Under the pieces are notes generated by a model. That model was not told the DNA's origin, did no database searches, and was given only the letters and a program-made list of their open reading frames with translations. Shown in pieces: positions 18,436 through 27,429 of a DNA stretch of 64,000 nucleotides; position 1 is the first letter of the stretch, and each line of letters begins with the position of its first letter. The position numbers and the translations under genes are program-made. Source of the stretch: Thermodesulfobacteriota bacterium (lineage in GTDB: Bacteria; Desulfobacterota_D; UBA1144; Nemesobacterales; Mycalebacteriaceae); contig OZ245366.1 of NCBI GenBank assembly GCA_965226585.1, positions 448,001 through 512,000 on the forward strand, in the 5' to 3' direction.

Positions 18436-19774
18436 AAAATCGGTCAGCATAAAAAACTTTATGGGCGGCGTGGAGAGGCGCAATCCGGGCGAGCGCGAAT
18501 TTCATCAGGCGGTTAGAGAGGTTGCGGAATCCCTTGTTCCGTTCATGGCGAAAAATCCGGTCTACATTGAAAAACAGATACTTGAGCGGCTGACGGAGCC
18601 GGACAGGACGGTGTCTTTCAGGGTTTGCTGGGAGGATGATGAGGGCAATGTCCGCACAAATCGCGGATACAGGGTGCAGTTCAGCGGGGTTATAGGTCCC
18701 TACAAGGGCGGTTTGCGGTTTCATCCGTCCGTCAGTCTCAGTGTTATGAAGTTTCTGGGGTTTGAGCAGATATTCAAAAACAGTTTGACGGGGCTTCCCA
18801 TGGGCGGCGGCAAGGGCGGAAGCGATTTCAATCCGCGTGGAAAATCTGACGGCGAGGTTATGCGTTTTTGTCAGTCGTTTATGACGGAACTTGCCCGGCA
18901 TGTGGGCGAAAATGTTGATGTTCCCGCCGGAGACATAGGTGTTGGCGGGCGCGAGATTGGCTATATGTTTGGTCAGCACAGGCGTATTTCCGGGGCGTTC
19001 ACCGGAGTTTTGACGGGCAAAGGCATATCGTTTGGCGGCAGTCTTATCCGCCCCGAGGCGACCGGATATGGAAGTGTGTTTTTCGTGAATGAGATTTTGA
19101 AAGCATCGGGAGACGGAATGGACGGCAAAACCTGTGTTGTGTCGGGTTCGGGAAATGTGGCGCAATACACGGTAGAGAAGTTGACTCATCTTGGCGGCAG
19201 GGCGGTTACGATGTCTGACTCAGACGGTTTTATTCACGACCCGTCCGGCATAACGCCTGAAAAACTGGCGTGGATAATGGATTTGAAAAACAACCGGCGC
19301 GGGCGGATAAGTGAATACGCGAAGAAGTTCAAATGCGGTTTTCACAAGGGCAAAAAACCGTGGGGCGTAAAGTGTGATGTGGCGTTTCCGTCTGCGACAC
19401 AGAATGAACTCCTTGGCGCGGACGCGAAATTGCTTATTAAAAACGGCGTAAAGGTTGTAGGCGAGGGCGCGAATATGCCGTGCGATCTTGAAGCGGTTCA
19501 CATATTTCAGAAAGCGGGTGTTTTTCTTGCTCCCGCAAAGGCGTGCAATGCGGGCGGCGTGGCGGTTTCGGGTTTGGAGATGACGCAGAACAGTATGAAA
19601 CTTTTTTGGAGCCGGGAAGAGGTTGAGGAGAAGTTGAGGAATATTATGGTTGGTATTCACGAAAGGTGTTTGGAATTCGGGAAGAAAGGGAAAAAGGTTG
19701 ATTATGTTACCGGAGCGAATATTGCGGGATTTAAAAAAGTAGCAGACGCAATGGTAGCGCAAGGGATTGGGTAA
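18425..19774 (+). CDS. gdhA: NADP-specific glutamate dehydrogenase
   Basis: GPYKGGLRFHP, GGGKGGSDF, DVPAGDIGVG, RPEATGYG, GSGNVA. Confidence 0.95.
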   Translation: MASRKSVSIKNFMGGVERRNPGEREFHQAVREVAESLVPFMAKNPVYIEKQILERLTEPDRTVSFRVCWEDDEGNVRTNRGYRVQFSGVIGPYKGGLRFHPSVSLSVMKFLGFEQIFKNSLTGLPMGGGKGGSDFNPRGKSDGEVMRFCQSFMTELARHVGENVDVPAGDIGVGGREIGYMFGQHRRISGAFTGVLTGKGISFGGSLIRPEATGYGSVFFVNEILKASGDGMDGKTCVVSGSGNVAQYTVEKLTHLGGRAVTMSDSDGFIHDPSGITPEKLAWIMDLKNNRRGRISEYAKKFKCGFHKGKKPWGVKCDVAFPSATQNELLGADAKLLIKNGVKVVGEGANMPCDLEAVHIFQKAGVFLAPAKACNAGGVAVSGLEMTQNSMKLFWSREEVEEKLRNIMVGIHERCLEFGKKGKKVDYVTGANIAGFKKVADAMVAQGIG

Positions 19775-19789
19775 AAACAGGAGGATTTT

Positions 19790-20464
19790 ATGAAAGAAAG
19801 ATTTACGGAATGGTTGTTGGAGAGGGGATATGCTCCCACTGTAGCAAAAGGTGGCTACCGGACTGGAATAAACCATTTATCAAAGGACTTGGGAGAGGAT
19901 GTTTTTGGGATAACGGACTTGGAAAAAATAAGTGAAATCAGAAAAACTTATGACAGAAACGGGTCCAAAAGGGATATTGGCAGTAACTTGAGTGGTTCGC
20001 CCAGAGCCGCGATAATTCAATACGAGGACTTTATCAGGGAGTTTTCCGAGGGAGGGGAAATTCCTGATGGAATTTCTCAATCTTCCGAAAAGCAGATTCC
20101 ACAGCAACGGCTTTCTTTAGAGAGAGATTTGCACAAAGCAATTGAAGGTCAGATTTCCGAATTGTTTCCGGGTTACAAACTGGTTGGTTCCGAATACACA
20201 ATTAAAAATGTCCGGTTAGACCTTTTGCTCAAAAATGGCAACAGTTTGCTGGTTGTGGAAATCAAAGCCGGAACCGCCACGCACGCGGCTTTTGGTCAGA
20301 TTTCAATGTATATGGGGCTTGTCGCGGAGAAATACCCCAAGTCTTCCATTAGCGGAATGATAGTCGCCTCAGACATAGACCCGGGTTTAATCGCCGCTTG
20401 TTCCACAAATAAAAATGTTTCCTGCGGGAAATATAAAATGAAGCTGAGTTTGGAAAAGGTCTAA
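19790..20464 (+). CDS. PD-(D/E)xK nuclease, NucS/DUF91-like C-terminal domain
   Basis: LERDL...RLDLL...VVEIKAG...GQISMYMG (E-x-K and Q-xxx-Y motifs); AT-richer than the flanking genes. Confidence 0.7.
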   Translation: MKERFTEWLLERGYAPTVAKGGYRTGINHLSKDLGEDVFGITDLEKISEIRKTYDRNGSKRDIGSNLSGSPRAAIIQYEDFIREFSEGGEIPDGISQSSEKQIPQQRLSLERDLHKAIEGQISELFPGYKLVGSEYTIKNVRLDLLLKNGNSLLVVEIKAGTATHAAFGQISMYMGLVAEKYPKSSISGMIVASDIDPGLIAACSTNKNVSCGKYKMKLSLEKV

Positions 20465-20474
20465 GGTCGTGGAG

Positions 20475-20609
20475 AACATTATGGCCGGGATTGACAAAAG
20501 ATGCTTGGAGTTCGGCAAAGTTTGCAGAAGACTTTATAATGCTTTCAGAGTAGGCATTATAGGTTGCAAGAAGGTTGCAGATACAATAGTAGCACAAGGT
20601 ATGGATTGA
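20475..20609 (+). pseudogene. Degenerate duplicate of the last 45 codons of gdhA
   Basis: Translates NIMAGIDKRCLEFGK...GCKKVADTIVAQGMD* versus gdhA 19640-19774 NIMVGIHERCLEFGK...GFKKVADAMVAQGIG*; both are 135 nt with the stop in the same place. Confidence 0.85.
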
Positions 20610-20620
20610 TAGGTTTTCAA

Positions 20621-21391
20621 GTGGCAATCAAAGACACAACAAGGAAAGAGCTTTGGGGAAAATCTGGTAACAGTTGTGCTATTTGCAAAGAACAGTTGAT
20701 TGTAGACGATTCAGCCGACAGTATTGTTGTAGGTCAGGAGTGCCACATCATACCGAAAAAAGAAAGTAATCCTAGATATCTTGATACTCAAACTGATAAA
20801 GACTCATACGAAAACCTAATTCTTTTGTGTTCAAAGCACCATACAATTGTTGACCGTAGCACCCATAGTTATACAGCAGAAGATTTGAGGAGTATCAAGT
20901 TTAAACATGAGAAAGAGGTAAGAGAAAGCTTGAATGCGGGCAATTTAACAAGTACACATCCGAAATATCTCGTCAAGGTAAATTCTGGAAAAGACCTTTG
21001 TAACATGGTTGATGGTGTTCTGGGTTATTCGTTTGACCACCCTGAGCCGACAAATCAAAGAGATGCTGATTTCTTTGGGTCAATTTCTCAGTCTTTAGAC
21101 GACAACTCCTCTTTGCTAAGTGAATTCGAACCCGCAAGAAAAGCTGAAATAATGTTGTGGTTCAAAGATATGCTGGACGATTTGGAGGGTAAGGGGTACT
21201 TGTTGTTTGGTTGCAGATTGAGTGACAAGATCAATAACCCTTTTGCACCAGACAAGTTAGTCGCTGGCGAGATTTTCCACTGCAAACTTACCAAAAAGGA
21301 TGATCCAGAAGTGATTACGGGACCAGATAGCATTGTTAGATTAATCATGGAGGATTGTCAAGTCAATGAAGCAAAAAACGATGGCTCGTAA
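20621..21391 (+). CDS. HNH endonuclease with uncharacterised C-terminal domain
   Basis: LWGKSGNSCAIC...ECHII...NLILLCSKHHTIVD HNH/zinc motif; GTG start chosen because upstream codons belong to the gdhA relic. Confidence 0.75.
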   Translation: MAIKDTTRKELWGKSGNSCAICKEQLIVDDSADSIVVGQECHIIPKKESNPRYLDTQTDKDSYENLILLCSKHHTIVDRSTHSYTAEDLRSIKFKHEKEVRESLNAGNLTSTHPKYLVKVNSGKDLCNMVDGVLGYSFDHPEPTNQRDADFFGSISQSLDDNSSLLSEFEPARKAEIMLWFKDMLDDLEGKGYLLFGCRLSDKINNPFAPDKLVAGEIFHCKLTKKDDPEVITGPDSIVRLIMEDCQVNEAKNDGS

Positions 21392-21700
21392 ACTTCCTAC
21401 TCCAAAGACAACTTCAAATACAGGCATTAATGACTTGGATTTGAAGAATTGGAAAAAACACGAAGATGTCTTGACAGACAGTTTGTGGTTGATTGGGAAC
21501 CGAGACAGTTCCGGTTCTCATAATAACAAGTACCAGGAAACTTTATACCTCAAATCCCCAACCAAATAATGAAAAGATTTACCAAGAAGGGAGATGTTGT
21601 TCTTGATGGTTTTTTGGGTTATGGCACAACCCTGATAGAGTCACAAAAATTGGGGAGAAACGCGATAGGGGTTAAGCTTGTTCCTAGTGTTGCTGTTAAA
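21381..21700 (+). pseudogene. Frameshifted, truncated N4/N6 DNA methyltransferase fragment
   Basis: Restoring 1 nt near 21534 joins the two ORFs into ...Y(H)GNFIPQIPNQIMKRFTKKGDVVLDGFLGYGTTLIE (motif I); similarity is lost after about 21700 and no catalytic motif follows. Confidence 0.75.
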
Positions 21701-21797
21701 TACAAGAGCCTCGCGGAAATAGGCAGAATTTCTAAACTCCATTTAGTTAGTGAACAAGATTTGGCACCTTGCTGGTGTTGTCTGGTCGGAGGGATTG

Positions 21798-21971
21798 ATG
21801 ACTAAGAAGTTGATTAGGCTTTTACTTGCTGTTTTTGTTCTGATGTTTTTTATTAGTACTGCAACAGCCTTTGATTGTGATTTGGATAATGATGGTTGGG
21901 ATGACTGGAATTGTGGTGGTCTTGACCATGATTTGGACAACGATGGCTGGGATGACCGAGGTTCTTGGTAA
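21798..21971 (+). CDS. Small secreted Asp-rich peptide with two DLDNDGWDD repeats (57 aa)
   Basis: GGAGGG RBS; signal peptide ending ATA; repeats differ at synonymous positions. Confidence 0.6.
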   Translation: MTKKLIRLLLAVFVLMFFISTATAFDCDLDNDGWDDWNCGGLDHDLDNDGWDDRGSW

Positions 21972-21990
21972 TTGATACAATTAAACCTGT

Positions 21991-22536
21991 CTAAACATTC
22001 ATAATACTTTTCACACCATCCAACAAGACATTAAAACTATGAGAATCGTTCTGTCCATCCAAGTTAAGCAGTGGGGCGATTGCCCTAGACCCAGCGACTT
22101 TTTGATACGATTGTTCGGTTAGCCCTTTTAGTTTCTCAGATGGCTTGTTAATTGAGTCAGGGGCCTCTTTTAAAGACAATCCTTTGACACCAAGTCCCGA
22201 TTCAACAGCTTTCAGGTCCCCCAAGTAGAAACTTTCAAGCTCCTTGCAGGCAACTCTTATGATTGTGTTTGAAAATTTTCCGCTAGATTGAATTTTCTTT
22301 CTCAAAAATTGTTTAATCTTCACGCAATCGCCATTATCTTGATCCCGTAAAACAAGAAAAAATGAATCCGGACGGTTCCAGCCCCGTAGTCTATGCTCAA
22401 TCCGTTTATCCAAATCTTGTTTGCCTTCAAACACAATATAGCGAACATCAATATCTTCAGGAAGGATGCGAGGAAGAACACCCTTTAACATTTCTTTTGC
22501 CGAAAGTTCCTCCAGAAAGCAGGCAAGACATTTCAT
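21991..22536 (-). CDS. DUF4276-like (TOPRIM-like) protein
   Basis: FLEELS...FEGKQDL...LRDQD (Glu + DxD), ELESFYLGD, SHSF; ATGA-coupled to the upstream ATPase. Confidence 0.7.
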   Translation of the reverse strand: MKCLACFLEELSAKEMLKGVLPRILPEDIDVRYIVFEGKQDLDKRIEHRLRGWNRPDSFFLVLRDQDNGDCVKIKQFLRKKIQSSGKFSNTIIRVACKELESFYLGDLKAVESGLGVKGLSLKEAPDSINKPSEKLKGLTEQSYQKVAGSRAIAPLLNLDGQNDSHSFNVLLDGVKSIMNV

Positions 22537-23720
22537 TGCGGGTCAACATCTCCAAAAAACCCTTCTTTCCACAGATAGCCCATTTGGTCTCCTATTTCCA
22601 TATATGTTTTGACCTGTTCGTCATCAGATGCTCTTTTGATTGCCGTGTACCCATTTTTCTTTTCCAACCAGAAAACTTCTCCTATTTCAGTAGCATTCAA
22701 AAAATCTGGGGAATGGGTAGAGACAAAAACCTGCCCACCCCTATTTGCATAGCTTCTGAATTCTTCTGCTAATTCAAAAAGCAATTTTGGGTAGAGTTGG
22801 TTCTCTGGTTCTTCCACACAAAGCAAATCATGTGGTGCTGGATCGTAAAGCAGAGTCAGGTAAGCCAGCATTTTGATTGTGCCGTCTGACACATAACGAG
22901 CAAGAAACGGATCTTCAAAGGAGCCATCATGAAATTTCAGTAAAACACGTCCTTCTTCAGTAGTTTTTGATTCCACATTCGAAATTCCGGGAACGCGCAT
23001 TTTTAATAGGTCAAGAATTTTATCAAATATATCTTCATGATGTTTGTGTAAGTACTCAATAACCAGAGACAGGTTTTCTCCCTCACGCGAGAGATGTTCT
23101 GCGTACCCAGCCTCCTGTTCAGGTCGTGCTTTGCTAATGTGGAAATCAGAAATATGCCAGCGTTCAATTAAATTTCCCAACGCTACGGCTGCCGGAAACC
23201 TTTCGAATTGTGCCAGCCCCTTAATTGCCAATAAATCGTTAGATTTGAGTTTTTGTTCTTCTCTTTGGAGTTCGCTATCTTGCCGGATTTCTTCAATTTC
23301 GTTTGTAACAGCTTCGCCTTTTCCATTACTGAAGTCCAAAAACTTCCATGGTTGTCCACGACTTCCACGACGATATTTCAGTATTTCTCTTTGCACGAAC
23401 GCTCTTCCGTCTCTTTCGTCAATCTCAAGTAAATAGGTTATCAGGGGGCTTTCGTTATCTTTACGAAACTTCAACTCAATTTCAATTGGTTCATTACTGT
23501 TGCGACTTTGTACTTCTTGAAAACCAAGGCTACCACCGAGACGAGTCAAAGCTGTATTGACATTAGAATTCATCGCATCACGTAAAAAACCAAAAACACT
23601 GAATATAGTGCTTTTGCCACTACCGTTTGCCCCCACAATCACACAGAAACCGGGGATATTTGTCATCTCCGCTTCTTTGAATGTTTTAAAATTCCTCAAC
23701 CTCAAAGATTCAATCTTCAT
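22533..23720 (-). CDS. ABC/SMC-like ATPase (AAA_21-type)
   Basis: GANGSGKST Walker A, VSDGT signature, LLCVEEPENQLYP Walker B, VSTHS. Confidence 0.85.
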   Translation of the reverse strand: MKIESLRLRNFKTFKEAEMTNIPGFCVIVGANGSGKSTIFSVFGFLRDAMNSNVNTALTRLGGSLGFQEVQSRNSNEPIEIELKFRKDNESPLITYLLEIDERDGRAFVQREILKYRRGSRGQPWKFLDFSNGKGEAVTNEIEEIRQDSELQREEQKLKSNDLLAIKGLAQFERFPAAVALGNLIERWHISDFHISKARPEQEAGYAEHLSREGENLSLVIEYLHKHHEDIFDKILDLLKMRVPGISNVESKTTEEGRVLLKFHDGSFEDPFLARYVSDGTIKMLAYLTLLYDPAPHDLLCVEEPENQLYPKLLFELAEEFRSYANRGGQVFVSTHSPDFLNATEIGEVFWLEKKNGYTAIKRASDDEQVKTYMEIGDQMGYLWKEGFFGDVDPQ

Positions 23721-23855
23721 TTGTTCTTTCCTGTTCTTGAAACTCCAGACTAATATACAATAACACGGTAAATTTAACACTATTTCAGATTGCGCCAAGC
23801 AAACACTGAAATTTCGAATGTCAAAACCTCACTGTCAGTTAAACTCTGACCGACA

Positions 23856-26684
23856 ATGCCACTCTCAACCAACCTCGCTCAAACCCTCAAATCACGCACG
23901 AACTCGGAAGTTCGCTTCCGCAAAATTGACCGCCTTATTTACGCGACTGACGCAAGCAACTACCGTATTCAGCCGCTTGGCATTGTCATTCCCCGCACGG
24001 CGGAGGATGTTTCGGAAACTGTAAAAATTGCCGCCGAATTCGGCGTTTCCATAGTTCCCCGTGGCGGCGGGACGGGGCTTGCGGGGCAATGCCTTGGGGA
24101 AGGAATCGCGGTTGATATGTCCAAATATATGGACGGAGTTGTTGAGATTAACTCAGAAAATAAAACCGCCACCGTTCAGCCGGGCATCTGCCTCGGACGG
24201 CTTAACGCCATCGCGGCGGAAAAAGGGCTTATGTTCGGTCCAGACCCCGCGAGCGCGAAAGTTGCCACAGTCGGCGGCGTGGTGGCAAACAACGGAACCG
24301 GCGCGCACTCAATCCTCTACGGAATGGCGGGCGACAATGTTGTTTCTCTCCGCTCCGTTCTCCACACGGGAAATGAAATCTCCTTCTCAAAAAACACTTG
24401 CGCGGATGCGGAACTCTCACGCAAACTTGAAAACTTCAGAAATCAAAATCTCTCCCTTGTTACGGAAAAGTTTCCCAAGCACTGGCGGCGGGCTTCGGGC
24501 TACTCGCTTAACTATCTGACGGATGACGATTTCAACCCCGCAAAACTGTTCGCCTCATCCGAAGGAACTTTCGGCATCGCAACCGAAATCACCCTGAAAC
24601 TGGTTGACAAACCCCGCCACACGGGTCTTGCCGTCCTCCAGTTCGACGACCTTTTTCGCGCCATTGAAGCGGTTCCCGCAATTCTTGAACGCGCGCCCGC
24701 CGCCGTTGAACTGATAGACAAAATGCTTATCGGACTTACGGAAAAACACGGCGGTTTTTCGCGCCTTCTCTCTTTTGTTAAAGGCAAACCCGCCGCCGTT
24801 ATCGCGGTTGAGTTTTTCGGACACTCAGCGGACGAATGCTCGGAAAAAGCCGCCGGACTTCTGGATTTTCTCAAACAAAAAGGCGTTTCGTGCGAAAAAG
24901 ACCTCGCGCTTTCCACCGAAGACCAGTCAAAAGTGTGGGGCGTGAGAACCGCAGGGCTTGGGCTTTTGATGAGCTCCCGCTCCGGCGCGAAGCCGGTTCC
25001 GTGCATTGAAGACGTGTCAGTTCCCGTCCCCTCGCTTGCCCCTTATGTGAAGGATATTTCCTCAGTCTTTTCCTCGCTGGGGCTTGAAGCGGGCTTTTAC
25101 GCGCACGCGAGCGCGGGGTGTCTGCATATCCGCCCCCTGCTTGACCTTTCAACCCGCAAGGGCGCGGACTTGATGGAAGAGGTTTCTGACGCCGCCCTGG
25201 GGCTCGCCCTTAAACACGGCGGCGTTATGAGCGGAGAACACGGAGACGGCAGACAGAGAAGCCACCTCAACAGACGGCTTTTCGGCGCGGAGATATACGG
25301 GGCGATGACGGAACTTAAAAACATCTTTGACCCGGCGGATATGTTCAATCCCGGAAATGTTGTCAACTCCGCAACCGGAGTCAAAGACAACCTCAGAAAC
25401 GAAAAACACGGCGGCTCGGATTTGCCGCTGTCGCTTGACTGGACGGCAGACGGCGGACTCAGCGGCGCGGCGGCGGCGTGCAACGGGCAGGGGTTTTGCA
25501 GAAAAACCGGGGAGGGGGCGATGTGCCCTTCCTACATCGCAACCCGTGACGAAGCCCACACAACAAGGGCGCGGGCGAACCTTCTGCGCTCCGTTATGAA
25601 CGGCGATGTTGAAGACGGTTTCCTTTTAAGCCCGGAGGCGGAAGAGGTTTTCAGCCTGTGTGTGGGGTGCAAGGCGTGTAAAACGGAATGCCCGTCTTCG
25701 GTTGATGTTGCGAAGATGAAAACCGAGTTTCTGTATCTGAGGGGGCGGAAGCTGGGGTTTTCTCTCGCAGACAGGGTTTTTTCTGATATTCACAAAATCT
25801 CTTCCGTTGTGTCGCGAATTCCGGGCGCGAATCTTTTTGCCTCCTCCGGCGCGTCAAAACTGCTTTCCATCGCCGGTATAGACGGGCGCAGGGAGATTCC
25901 GCTTTTTGCCCCGCAAAGATTTGGCGACTGGTTTTCCTCCCGCCCAAAACGGGAGCCGAAAGAGAAAAAAGCGGTCTATTTTCACGACACATGGGCGGAG
26001 TTTTTCAATCCCGGCGCGGGAAGGGGCGCGGTGGAAATCCTTGAGTCGCTCGGCTACGAAGTGCTGATTGAAAAACGCAGGGTTTGTTGCGGCAGACCGA
26101 TGATAAGCCGGGGCATGATTGACAAGGCGCGCCGCAACGCAGAATTGAACACCGAAATTTTGCGCCCTTACGCGGAAAAAGGTTTCCCCATTGTCGGAAC
26201 AGAACCCAGTTGCGTGTCAATGTTCACTGACGACTACGCAGACCTTCTTCCCGGCTCCCCCGGACAGAAAGCGGTTGCCCGCTCGTTTCTCACCATTGAG
26301 GATTTTGTGAAGCGGGAGGCGGAAACTCTTGCTCCGATGCTTGAGCCGGGCTCAGAGCCCGTTATAGCCCACACGCATTGCCACAGCAAAGCCGCAGAGC
26401 CGGATTCGGGACTTCATTCGGTTCTAAACTCTCTGGGTTTTGACTGCGCGGATTCCGGCGCGGGCTGTTGCGGAATGGCGGGCGGTTTCGGGTATGAGAA
26501 AAAAAACCGCGATGTTTCTGAAAAAATCGCCGGAGACAGGCTTGTTCCCGCGATTGAAAAACACGGCGGAAGAGTTTGCGCGACCGGCATTTCGTGCATG
26601 GAACAGATACGGCACTTTACCCGCGCGCGTCCGCTTCATTTTGCGGAACTTGTGGCGGGCTGTCTTAAAAAATCCGCCGGTTAG
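23856..26684 (+). CDS. FAD-binding and (Fe-S)-binding oxidoreductase (GlcD/YdiJ-like D-2-hydroxyacid dehydrogenase family)
   Basis: YATDAS, PRGGGTGLAGQ, SGEHGDG, CNGQGFC, CVGCKACKTECP and CCG domains. Confidence 0.88.
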   Translation: MPLSTNLAQTLKSRTNSEVRFRKIDRLIYATDASNYRIQPLGIVIPRTAEDVSETVKIAAEFGVSIVPRGGGTGLAGQCLGEGIAVDMSKYMDGVVEINSENKTATVQPGICLGRLNAIAAEKGLMFGPDPASAKVATVGGVVANNGTGAHSILYGMAGDNVVSLRSVLHTGNEISFSKNTCADAELSRKLENFRNQNLSLVTEKFPKHWRRASGYSLNYLTDDDFNPAKLFASSEGTFGIATEITLKLVDKPRHTGLAVLQFDDLFRAIEAVPAILERAPAAVELIDKMLIGLTEKHGGFSRLLSFVKGKPAAVIAVEFFGHSADECSEKAAGLLDFLKQKGVSCEKDLALSTEDQSKVWGVRTAGLGLLMSSRSGAKPVPCIEDVSVPVPSLAPYVKDISSVFSSLGLEAGFYAHASAGCLHIRPLLDLSTRKGADLMEEVSDAALGLALKHGGVMSGEHGDGRQRSHLNRRLFGAEIYGAMTELKNIFDPADMFNPGNVVNSATGVKDNLRNEKHGGSDLPLSLDWTADGGLSGAAAACNGQGFCRKTGEGAMCPSYIATRDEAHTTRARANLLRSVMNGDVEDGFLLSPEAEEVFSLCVGCKACKTECPSSVDVAKMKTEFLYLRGRKLGFSLADRVFSDIHKISSVVSRIPGANLFASSGASKLLSIAGIDGRREIPLFAPQRFGDWFSSRPKREPKEKKAVYFHDTWAEFFNPGAGRGAVEILESLGYEVLIEKRRVCCGRPMISRGMIDKARRNAELNTEILRPYAEKGFPIVGTEPSCVSMFTDDYADLLPGSPGQKAVARSFLTIEDFVKREAETLAPMLEPGSEPVIAHTHCHSKAAEPDSGLHSVLNSLGFDCADSGAGCCGMAGGFGYEKKNRDVSEKIAGDRLVPAIEKHGGRVCATGISCMEQIRHFTRARPLHFAELVAGCLKKSAG

Positions 26685-26848
26685 CCGGTCGCGAAAGCAA
26701 AAACCGCGCTCAAAACTATAAGCCCGATAAAGATTCCCATCATGTAGTAGGGGTAGTTCGGGTTGTATCCCTTCTTTATGTTGGGAACCCGCTTCTGCCC
26801 CCAGATGATTTCCTTCTTCTCTTCGGTTTTTTTCTGGTCTTCCGGCAT
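26681..26848 (-). CDS. Small membrane protein (55 aa), below the ORF-track cutoff
   Basis: GGAGG RBS; MPEDQKKTEEKKEIIWGQKRVPNIKKGYNPNYPYYMMGIFIGLIVLSAVFAFATG with a C-terminal hydrophobic helix. Confidence 0.6.
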   Translation of the reverse strand: MPEDQKKTEEKKEIIWGQKRVPNIKKGYNPNYPYYMMGIFIGLIVLSAVFAFATG

Positions 26849-26861
26849 TTTCCCTCCGTTT

Positions 26862-27329
26862 TTATTTCTCTCCGGGTGTGGGCCCGAAGGCGTACTCCCG
26901 GGTTATATGAAGTTGGGATTTAAGGTTTTCAAGCATCTTGCTCTGCATATCCCTGCACGAGAGAACGCCGTAGTAGTTGCCGTTTCTGTCTTCAACAACA
27001 AGGTGGGATATGTTGTGCCGGTCAAACAACTCAAGGCACTCGGAGAACTTTTGGAAGAGATTGACCTTAATAACGTCCGGCGTCATTATGTCTCTCACTT
27101 TCGCGCTGTCCGGGTCAACGCCCTCAACAACAACCTTTGTGGAAACATCGTAGTGGCTCACCACTCCAACCAGTTTTCCGTCTTCAAGAACCCCGGTCGC
27201 GCGGATTTTAAGCCGCCGCAATGTTGCCGCCGCCTCGCGCGCGGTGTCTCCGGCGCTGACAGAGTAGAAAACATCACGCTTTTCCACCATGTCTTTAACG
27301 ATAATCTGGCTAAGACTCTTCTCAGGCAC
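26862..27329 (-). CDS. CBS-domain protein
   Basis: GKLVGVVS..D, VRDIMT, ISHLVV, GVLSCRD (CBS pair); GTG start with GGAGG RBS. Confidence 0.8.
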   Translation of the reverse strand: MPEKSLSQIIVKDMVEKRDVFYSVSAGDTAREAAATLRRLKIRATGVLEDGKLVGVVSHYDVSTKVVVEGVDPDSAKVRDIMTPDVIKVNLFQKFSECLELFDRHNISHLVVEDRNGNYYGVLSCRDMQSKMLENLKSQLHITREYAFGPTPGEK

Positions 27330-27429
27330 CTCTGATTCCTCCAAAAACATTCTATTACAACCTGCCGCTTCGCGCAATTGATTGGAGTGTTCCGTGTGAT
27401 ATAGTCATAATGCGAAAACGGAGGAAAAT

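Noticed and set aside
23800..23855. Possible relic of the FAD-oxidoreductase 5' end (QTLKFR...DR versus QTLKSR...DR)
   Set aside because: Only 7 of 18 residues match; cannot be distinguished from chance by eye.
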